Source: a virus (taxonomy: Duplodnaviria > Caudoviricetes). From it: a DNA stretch of 29,970 nt. The stretch spans positions 1 to 29,970 of IMG/VR virus record IMGVR_UViG_3300002307_000168; one strand, given 5' to 3'. Below, one piece after another: positions 15,681 to 25,000 of this stretch. Every line of letters starts with the position of its first letter. Within the stretch, counting starts at the first letter, position 1. The translations under genes were made by a program, and so were the position numbers. The notes beneath the pieces are model-generated. The model made no database searches. It saw only the letters and a list, made by a program, of their open reading frames with translations, and was not told the DNA's origin.

Positions 15681-17041
15681 AGTACAACCATTTTGACATG
15701 CTGCCTGAGCTGGCTTTTTTAAAAGTTGGCGGAAAAATTAAGCCTCAAGGCGGTGGTGGGCCAACTGGCTCAACTCAGACCGCAAGCACAATTCCAGAAT
15801 ACGCACGGCCTTATGTTGAAAGCACTCTTGGCCAAGCCAAGGCTTTAACCGACATAAACAACAATCCGTATCAGCCATATCAAGGCCAACAACTTGCAGG
15901 GTTTACCCCAATGCAAGCTCAGGGCATGACGGCCATTGGTGACATGCAAGTTGCTCCGCAAATTGCTATGGCCACAAATTGGGCAAACCAAGGCGCTGCG
16001 GGTGGAATGGATTCTGCCCCCGTTGCCTATGGCTATGGCGCACAAGGAAACCAAGCTGGTCAACAAGGTTTAAACATTGGAACCACTGGCGGTCTTGGGT
16101 ATGGTAGCCAAGCTGCTGGCTTGGCAGGAGCCAACATGGGTGTTGGTCTTGCTGGAATGCAAGCTGGTATGGGCTATGGCCAGCAGGCTCAAGACCCAAG
16201 TGCTGTTCAAAATTATATGAACCCGTACCTTCAGGCGTCTTTGCAACCGCAGCTTGCGGAAATTCAGCGCCAGTACGGAATTTCTGGCGCACAAGGTCAA
16301 AGCAATGCCACTCAAGCCGGTGCTTTTGGCGGAAGTCGTGAAGCGTTGATGGCTTCTGAAAACCAGCGCAATAAAAATACTGCAATGAACCAAGCCATTG
16401 GCCAAGGTTATAACAATGCTTACAACGTTGCCAATCAAAACATGCAGGCTGGTGCGTCACTTGGGATGCAAGGCGCACAAACAGGCCTTGCTGGGTTAAG
16501 CGGAGCTAATCAAAACTATGCCACAGGGCTTCAAGGTGTAAACACGGCATTAGCAGGAACCGCACAAGGTATGCAAGGCGCACAAACCGGGTTGGCCGGG
16601 GTATCTGGCGCTCAGGCCGGGTATGGTCTTGCCATCAACGGCGCTAATACACTGAACAACTTAGCCAACACCCAATACAATCAAGAGATGGGCATTGCTC
16701 AGGCTCAAATGGGCGCTGGCGCTCAACAGCAGGCTTTGCAGCAACAAGGTTTAAACACGGCTTATGGTCAGTATCAACAGCAGCTTCAGTACCCTTACCA
16801 ACAATTAGGATTTATGCAGGGCATGTACACCGGTTTGCCATTAAACAATACGGCACAAACCATGTATCAAAACCCAAGTGCAATTTCTCAAGTTGCCGGT
16901 CTTGGAACCGCTGCCGCAGGCGCTTACGGGCTTTATAAGGGCGCAAATACAGCCGCTGCGGGTGGCAAGAAAGGCGGTCGTGTTCATGGCGGCGATGGCC
17001 TTGACACTCTTGGAATCTACAACGTGATGAAAGGGCACTAG
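15677..17041 (+). CDS. Putative DNA ejection/pilot protein (Gln/Gly/Ala-rich)
   Basis: 'YMNPY', 'AGAFGGSR', 'G..QQ...Q..L...Y.QY.QQ..YPYQQL' motifs; helical low-complexity composition. Confidence 0.7.
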   Translation: MKYNHFDMLPELAFLKVGGKIKPQGGGGPTGSTQTASTIPEYARPYVESTLGQAKALTDINNNPYQPYQGQQLAGFTPMQAQGMTAIGDMQVAPQIAMATNWANQGAAGGMDSAPVAYGYGAQGNQAGQQGLNIGTTGGLGYGSQAAGLAGANMGVGLAGMQAGMGYGQQAQDPSAVQNYMNPYLQASLQPQLAEIQRQYGISGAQGQSNATQAGAFGGSREALMASENQRNKNTAMNQAIGQGYNNAYNVANQNMQAGASLGMQGAQTGLAGLSGANQNYATGLQGVNTALAGTAQGMQGAQTGLAGVSGAQAGYGLAINGANTLNNLANTQYNQEMGIAQAQMGAGAQQQALQQQGLNTAYGQYQQQLQYPYQQLGFMQGMYTGLPLNNTAQTMYQNPSAISQVAGLGTAAAGAYGLYKGANTAAAGGKKGGRVHGGDGLDTLGIYNVMKGH

Positions 17042-17042
17042 C

Positions 17043-19004
17043 ATGAACCCAATTAGCCTAATGGCAGACGCAGGAAAGCTTAGCATTGGTCAACTTCAGC
17101 AAGCCGTAAGAAACGGCACAGTCCCTGCTTACATTGGCATTCCAATGATGCAAGAGAAGATGAAAGAGGCCAAACAAGCTCAGACCCCTCAGGCTCCTTC
17201 TGAGCCTCCTATTGCCCAACAAGTAATGGCTCAGGCATCAGGCATTGATCAAGTGCCAAGCAATCTACCAACGCAAGCTATGAACGATGGTGGCATTGTT
17301 GCGTTTGCTAATGGTGGTTCTAACACAACTTCATTTGGCGATGATGAAGATGATGATTACGAAGAGTATCAGTTAGCTCAAGATGAAGCTGAGCATCAAA
17401 ACTCTATGGCCATGCATCAACAAATGGCAGAATCTGGGGGCTTTGGAGGATTAAAAACCCCTGTAAATCGTACCCCTCCAGTTGAAGGTGGAATTACTAG
17501 TGGAAAAAATTATGACGAGCATCAATTTGTGCGTGGTGTGGGCAATGGACACAAAGGCATTGATTATGCAATGCCTGTTGGAACTCCAATTTCACCAAAA
17601 GTTGAAGGAACTCTTCGCTACAACACCCGTGATCCTAAGGGCTGGGGCAACGCCGCAGAGATTGTTGATGACAATGGTCGTGTATTGCAGCGTTTTGCTC
17701 ATCTGAGCCGTTTTGAAGCTCCTGAAGGCACTCGTGTAAAACCCGGGCAAGTTATTGCAATGTCAGGCAATACTGGTCGCAGCACAGGCCCGCATCTTCA
17801 TGTTGAAAATTTCCATGCTGATGGTGGTATTACCCGCCTTGCGGGCGGCGGCATAGCAAGCTTTAGTGGCACAAAAGGAAGTTTAATTACCAATTCTTCA
17901 ACACCCTATAATTCGGCTCCAAAAGACGAAGAAGAATTAAAAACAGAAAACAATGTTTTTGACATTATTACGCCAATGCAAAGACGCTTACAAGCGGCTA
18001 AAGATCAAGCAGCCGCTGATGCAGCCGCTCGTGGGCAACCAATTCAAGAACATAATTTTAATGAATCAATAGACTCGTCTTTGGCGGGAAACTTTAAACC
18101 AAGTCCTTTAATTCCTGCTGGCGCAAAAGGGCATGGAATGGCAGATTATCAACCCGGATTGGCCGCTTTTCCAGACATGATCTCCAATGACGGAATGTAT
18201 GGCGGAACACCACCATCAAAAGATTTTTCTTTTGCAAAACCTGTTGTTGAACCAAATGGTGGATCACCTGAACTATCTAGGCCGTCTGGAAACAAAGAAA
18301 CAACTTCCGCTGGCGGCAATGGAACAAAAGAAAATTCTGACTATAAAGACTTCATGGATTACTTTAAGAAAGGCCATGAAGACCTTAAGGCTCAAAGAGA
18401 AGAAGACAAGTACATGGCCATCTTACAGGCCGGTCTTGGCATGATGGCAGGAACATCACCTAACGCACTGGCCAACATTGGTCAGGGTGCGTCTGCGGGT
18501 ATTGCCAATTATGGGGCTTCAGCTAAACAACGTGCGGCAGAGAAAAACGCTTTGTTAAAAGGCGAAATTACCGCTCGCCGCTATCAAGAGATGGGCGAAG
18601 ACCGCAGGTCGGCACAGAGAATTGCAGAGGGTCGTTATAAAGACGCTTTAGATTATCGAGGCGAAAAAGATAAAAACGAACTTGATGAAAAAGAATCGGC
18701 TCGTCTTGCGAGAACAGAAAGTGCAATTTCAAAGCAAATTGACACAAGAGAAAAAGCAATTGAAGCTATGGTAAACAAAGAGTATGACAACATAGTATTA
18801 AAATCTCAACCAAATGCCGAGGCCAAAAAAGCCGCTCGTATTGCACAATTAAAAGCAGAAGATTCTGTTTTAAAACGCCATCACAAGTCTTTAAGCACAA
18901 TTTATCCTAAGATTTTTGGGTTTGATTATGAAGCGCCAAATTATGGAGCTTCAACAACTACCAAAAGAGAATACTTTGATGTAAACGGCAAGCCTGTTAA
19001 GTAA
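17043..19004 (+). CDS. Putative ejection protein with an internal M23 metallopeptidase domain
   Basis: HKGID (17550), FAHL, G.RVKPGQVIA.SGNTGRSTGPHLH (17793): M23 HxxxD and HxH motifs. Confidence 0.85.
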   Translation: MNPISLMADAGKLSIGQLQQAVRNGTVPAYIGIPMMQEKMKEAKQAQTPQAPSEPPIAQQVMAQASGIDQVPSNLPTQAMNDGGIVAFANGGSNTTSFGDDEDDDYEEYQLAQDEAEHQNSMAMHQQMAESGGFGGLKTPVNRTPPVEGGITSGKNYDEHQFVRGVGNGHKGIDYAMPVGTPISPKVEGTLRYNTRDPKGWGNAAEIVDDNGRVLQRFAHLSRFEAPEGTRVKPGQVIAMSGNTGRSTGPHLHVENFHADGGITRLAGGGIASFSGTKGSLITNSSTPYNSAPKDEEELKTENNVFDIITPMQRRLQAAKDQAAADAAARGQPIQEHNFNESIDSSLAGNFKPSPLIPAGAKGHGMADYQPGLAAFPDMISNDGMYGGTPPSKDFSFAKPVVEPNGGSPELSRPSGNKETTSAGGNGTKENSDYKDFMDYFKKGHEDLKAQREEDKYMAILQAGLGMMAGTSPNALANIGQGASAGIANYGASAKQRAAEKNALLKGEITARRYQEMGEDRRSAQRIAEGRYKDALDYRGEKDKNELDEKESARLARTESAISKQIDTREKAIEAMVNKEYDNIVLKSQPNAEAKKAARIAQLKAEDSVLKRHHKSLSTIYPKIFGFDYEAPNYGASTTTKREYFDVNGKPVK

Positions 19005-19012
19005 GGAATGTT

Positions 19013-22000
19013 ATGTCGATTGAAGCGCAACTGTTTGACGGCACTGTTCTTGAGTTCCCAGACGGCACAGAACGTTCTGTTATTGAAAGCACTGTTCAAA
19101 GATTAACCGCAGAAAGAAGGCCGAAAGACGACAGCAGCGATTTGGTTCGTGGGTTTAAGGCATATCCGTCCGGTCTTCAAGAAACTTTTGGCGGCGCACA
19201 GGCATTGCTTGGTGTTGGCGCTGAAAAAACCTTTGGTAAAAGCGGTGTATCAGATTACCTGATTGAAAGGGGCACTAAAAACTTAAAAGAGGCTGAGGCC
19301 GAACAACAACGCACGGCCAAACCAACCGATGAATTTACCAACGCTTGGGAAGCCGGAATTGGCACGGTTATTACTGACTGGCTTCCTTACCAAATTGGTT
19401 CTGGTGCAGCCAACCTATTAGAAACCGCTGCTGTTGCGGCCACAGGTGCTGTTGTTGGTTCTATTGCCGTTCCGGGGGCTGGTACTCTTGGTGGCGGTTT
19501 GACTGGATTTGTTAGCAAAAAGTTAATTCAGAATGGCATAAAAGAGGCCGCTGAAAAAGTACTAAAAGAGCGTGGCAAAGATGCCGCAGAAGCTTTTATT
19601 CAGGCCGAGTCTAAAAAAGTAGTTAGCGCAGAGGTTGCTGCACTTGCAGAGGCCGGTGCAAAGAAAGCTATTGGGTCTGGCGCTGCAATGGTTGGTCAGG
19701 CTGGTTTTCATGGCATGGGCGAGGTTACAAGCGGTGCAGTCCAAGAGGCTGAGCGACAAGGCTTAACCGCCCGAGACATTGACCTTGGCCGAGTCTTGCC
19801 TGCGGTGGCCATTCACTCAGCCGCTGATTTTATTTCCAACAAGATTGGCCTTGGTGCGCTAGACGGACTTGCCGCACCTACTAAGTCAATGCTTTTGAAC
19901 GTTGCAAAAAGTATTGGCGTTACAGGGTTTAAAGAAGTACCCCCTGAGCTTTTGCAAACCGCAATGGAGCTTTATGGTGCGGGTCTTCCGTTAGATGATC
20001 AAGAAGCAATTAATAAGTACATCAATACTGCTGCTGCGGCCTTTGGCATGTCCGTTGTCCCCGGGGGTATTGGTGGAATGCGCTCAAGAGTGGTGGAGAA
20101 AGCTGCCGCCCCAGATCAAACCGGTTTAGATCAAACCAACGCACTTGGGCAAACGCCTGACCAGCTTGGCCAACAGACCGCCATTCCTCTTGACAACTTT
20201 GCACCAGCCAATCCTGCTGATGCGTTTCACCCTGCCATTGCCGGTCAAAGTCTTTTAGCGTTGCCTGCTCCTGCCACACTGGTTGAGCCTGAACCAATGC
20301 AGACAAGCCTCCAGAACCCTCTTGGAAGCTTTACTTACGACAACTTCACGCCAGTGCAGATAAAGGCGTTGAACGACCTCAGGAAAGCTGAAGGCAAGCC
20401 TAAGCTGCCACAAACGTTTTCTATTGAAGACATTGCTGATCTTAGTCCTGCAAAAGGAGTGCTTGATTCGCTCATCACTGCTAAATCAGGCTACAACGGT
20501 GAACAAGTCACCTTCCAACAGCTTATCGATATTGCTCAGCTTAAAAACATTGACATCACCACCCAAGGATTTAGAGACTTCTTGCGCCGAGCAACAGGCA
20601 CAGAAAAACTTGAGGACTTGTCTCCTCCTCAGTTGTTTGCGGCAACCAAAGCCTTAGACAGTGTTCAGCCGTTTGAAGAGATGACAATCCTTCCGGCTGA
20701 CGTTAGTAACGCTACACATTACACACCAGATCAATACAACAAAGCCATTGGCGGCATCGACCTAGCTTTTAAAGAAATTGAGGGTAAACCCTTGGGTCGT
20801 CAGGCAATGCTGACCGAGATCAAAGACTTTACCGGCTTGAAAGACCGTGATGCCGAGCGCATTCTTCAGCAGGCTATTCGTGAAGGTCACATTGAACAGC
20901 GTGACGAAGTACGCAATGTAAACGGCGAGCAAAAAGTAGTGCCGTCGTTCATGCCCGCTCAGAATGTCGAGCAGCTCCCGGGTGGCATGGATATCCGTAA
21001 ACAGAAGTTTAAACAGGCTGACGGTTCAACCAAAGAACAATTCGTCTACTACGACAATGATGAGCCTGTTGCTAAGTTTGATGATCAGTATCAGGCCGAG
21101 CGTTATGGCATTACCCAACAGCCTGACAATGTTCTTGACCGGATTGTTAAGTCGTACAAAGATCAACGTGGCCTAAGGGCGCAACGCTATGGTGCGTTGG
21201 CCGAGCGTGAGATTGAGTCACGCAAGAACCCAGAGATCAACCGTGCGGTCACCACCAAGCAAGGTGAAGAGGGTGCAACTGAGCGCCTAGGTGAGCTTGG
21301 CATTACCTATGTCGAGTTCAAGCCTGAAGTGAAAGAAGCGTTGCCAGAGATCATGAATATTCTGGCTCCCGCTTTGAACAAGCTTGGCCTGAGCCGGATT
21401 GGCATAAAGCTCGCAGACACCATCGACAACGGCGGCACAGACGGGTTTTACTTCAAGGGCATTATTACCATTGCGCTTGACCAAGACAATCCTCTTGGCA
21501 TCATGCGGCACGAGGTCATTCACGCCCTCAAGGCTCTTGGTGTCTTTACGCCTTCGGAACTTAAAACGCTTGAGAAGTTTGCTAAGAAGTCATTGGCAGA
21601 AGGTCAATTCTTTGATCAAAAGATGCAAGATTTGTACAAAGAAAAATACCTTCAGACTCACCCAGACCTAAATGGTTTTGATGAGTACATGCAAGAAGAA
21701 GTGATGGCAGAAGCATTCCGTTACTTCACTGGGAACAAGCCGCCAGCAGGCTTCTTCCAGAACATGATGTACCGTTTAAACGCTATGTTCCGTGCAATTG
21801 GCAATGCTTTCCGCAGCGTTAAGCTGACCACGCCAGAGCAAATCTTCGCTGACATCGAGTCAGGCGAGATTGGATCACGCACAGGAACTGCTGAGGTTGG
21901 TCAGCCTCGCTATTCGATAAACGATAAAAAAGAAACTGCACCAGAAGGAATACCGCAAAATCTTTTTGATTTGCAAAGAAAATACGCAAAAATTACTGCA

Positions 22001-25000
22001 ATGGCAAATGAGCGCATTCCTTCTAAACTAAACTCAAAAGGCGTTGCCCCAAGAACACAAGATTTAAAAAGAGAAGAGACGATGTCTTTTCGCCGTTTAA
22101 ACAAAGCGGTTGAAGATTATGTTGGCGTTGAGAACGATGGCGATACAGCCAATGCAGCTTATAAGATGCTTGTTCGCCTTGCTGAAGCGTCTAATAAATT
22201 CAACGAAGACAACGACATTCGTTATTCTTTGGTGCGTCCTGCTGTTGCCGGTGAGACTGAAATCTCTACTCAGAACCCACAGGGTGCAAAGCGTAAGTAC
22301 GACCCCATCACGCAGATGCTTTCAATCGATGAGGCGGCTGTTCGTGAGGGCATGAAGCTAAATCCAAAGAATAAAAAAGCAATCATTAGCGCCATCAAGG
22401 GTTACGGCTTTATTCCTAACGACACGCCAGACAGTCAAGTCATTGAGGTGTTTAAACAGAACATTGTTAACAACCTGCTGTATCTTTACAACTCCGTACC
22501 TGAAGACACTCGTCAGCGCAGCAAGCTTTGGTATGACGGTGCTAATCGCATGGCCATTGACATGGGCAAAGCCTTTGGCGTGACTAAAGAACAGGTTGCT
22601 GGAATTATGGCGGCTATGTCGCCTCAGAAAGATTGGTTTCAAAACGTCTCAATGGCTGAGCGAGCTTTGGATGTTTTAACCACCCAAGGTAATAAGGCTT
22701 GGGATGCCAACATGCTTAAGTACGCCGAAAGCTATGTGAATGAAGCCAAAGACCGTGCGGAACTTGAAAAGCGTCAAATTGCCTTTGAACAAATCAAAAA
22801 AGTGGCAAAGAAAGGCACGGTTCTTGATAAGATGAATGCCAATGATGCGGCTGCGTTTATTCGTGCCTATGATGAAGCATTTAATTCTAGAGACTACCGA
22901 ATCGTCACTCCCGAGGGCGGTTTTGGCGGATTTGTTACAAAAGCAAACGGCGAACCGGCAACAATGATGTGGTCAACATATGACCCAATCAAGAAGTCCG
23001 TTTTAATTTACCGAGACGGTAGCCGCCCGAACATCAGCAATCAGCTTGGTGAAGAGCATAAAATTCGCTCGTTCTATAACAATATTGCCGCACCGAAGAG
23101 TGACATTGGCCATGTGACTATTGATACCCACGCCGTAGCTGCGGCCTTATTTGAGGCCTTAGCCGGTAGCGATGAGCCTGTTACGCATAACTTTGGCGGC
23201 ACAGGCAAGTCAAGCCTGATCGGCGTTGGTGGTACATACGGCATCATTGCAGACGCTTACCGCACCGCAGCGGCACAGGTTGGCATGCTCCCACGAGAGA
23301 TGCAGTCAATCACTTGGGAGGCTGTAAGAGGCCTATTTAACGCCGACATTAAAAACACCATCAAGCCAAAGATTCGTGACGAGTGGTCAAAGTACAAAAA
23401 AGGCGAGTTGTCATTTGAACAAGCCCGAGAGAACGCCGTTAAGATTGCTACGTCAGCACAGGGCGTTACTGACAACAAAATACCAGAACCAGATTGGAAA
23501 GATTCTGGCAAAGGTAAATTTGTTTCCGCTGGCGGCACAAGCTATGACAAGTCGTTTAAACCCGAAGGTGGTGTCAGGCTACGTCCCAAAGAGTCAATTC
23601 GTGAGAAGCTTTCGGTAAATCTTGCTGCTGTTACCGAGAGCATTCCGGGACTTAAAGAGTTGTACGAGCGAGCAAAAGGCAAAGACCTAAACGCTTACAA
23701 GCTACTTCAGCGTGTTGCAGAAGCAAGGCTTAGGTTCCTGCTTGGCGGAACCAAAGCAAAGATTACAGTCGATGACATCAAGGGTGTTTTTCTTGGTGAC
23801 CGAGAGCCTTCCATCGCTTCTATCATCGCCTTTGACGAGAGCGAGATGAAGCCTGTCTTGGCGGCTTTGGCTCAGTTTGCGGAAAGCTTCAATCAAATTC
23901 AGGTTCATGTTCGCCAACCGACTGCGTATGAGTTTGGCCACAAGTACGGCGATGGCTCATACGCAACAGCGGTTTACAGAATAGAACTCAAGAAGTCTCT
24001 TAACGAAGCAACCATTGCACAGATTATTGAAGAGTCTGGCCTAAAAGGCTTTTCAGTCAGTAAAGACACGCTAACCGCCTATTGGGTTGATAACAACGTA
24101 AAAGGAAGTGAAGATGAATTTGCCAAGCAAATCAAGCAAGTCAACGACCTCGTCGGGAAACTGGATTCAAAACCTAAACAGTCAATTGAACGCCTCTTCG
24201 TCTACGGAACAAAAGACAGCGGAGCGCCCATTGGATACGACAAAATTAGTGGCGACCTTCGTACGGCCGAAGGGTCAGACACCAAAACGGCAAAGTTAAT
24301 TGCCGACTACTTGGAAGACGGAGACATCAAGCCGTTTAAACAAAAACCTTTGACCCAAGGCCAGACCAAGGATCAGAAGTTGCTGTACCAAATATTTACC
24401 AAGCTGCCAAATAATGACTTAAAAAATCCTTTGGTCAGGAAGGCTTACAACCACCTTACAAAAGATTTGATCAAGCAGTACAAGACCTTACCAATTAAAG
24501 CTGAAGTAGTTACCGATGTCACGCTTGACGGCAAGACTTACTCTTACTTTGGCAAAGAAAGCAAGAAGCTTAAAGACGCTTTGTCTCGTGGAATGACCGA
24601 GGCCGAAGCCGATCAAGCAATTAAATACTTGGTTGACAATTACGGTGAGCCAAATCCAGCTTGGACGGGTATGCTTGGCAAGATTAAGCGTGATGAATCG
24701 ACCTTGTACGGCAACATTGCTGACAACATGCGTAGAGATGTCAGCGAAAACAATCGACTGAAGGTCTACAAAACATCGCCTGAAACCTTCGGGCCAAAAG
24801 GCTCTAATTTTGCCGGTCACCCGCTGCTTAAGGATTCAGGTTTAAAAGACATTAACGGCTACCCAATGCTGTTTAATGACCTTCTGCGGGTAGTTCATGA
24901 CTACTACGCACATAACCTGTCAAACGCCACGTTCGGCCCTAGTGGTGAGTTTGCTGCTCAGCGCAACCACATGGCCGTCACGCCTGACCCTTGGTCACGG

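Noticed and set aside
15845-16478. Minus-strand ORFs of up to 170 aa inside the pilot gene
   Set aside because: Fully antisense to a well-supported gene with biased codons; no recognisable motifs
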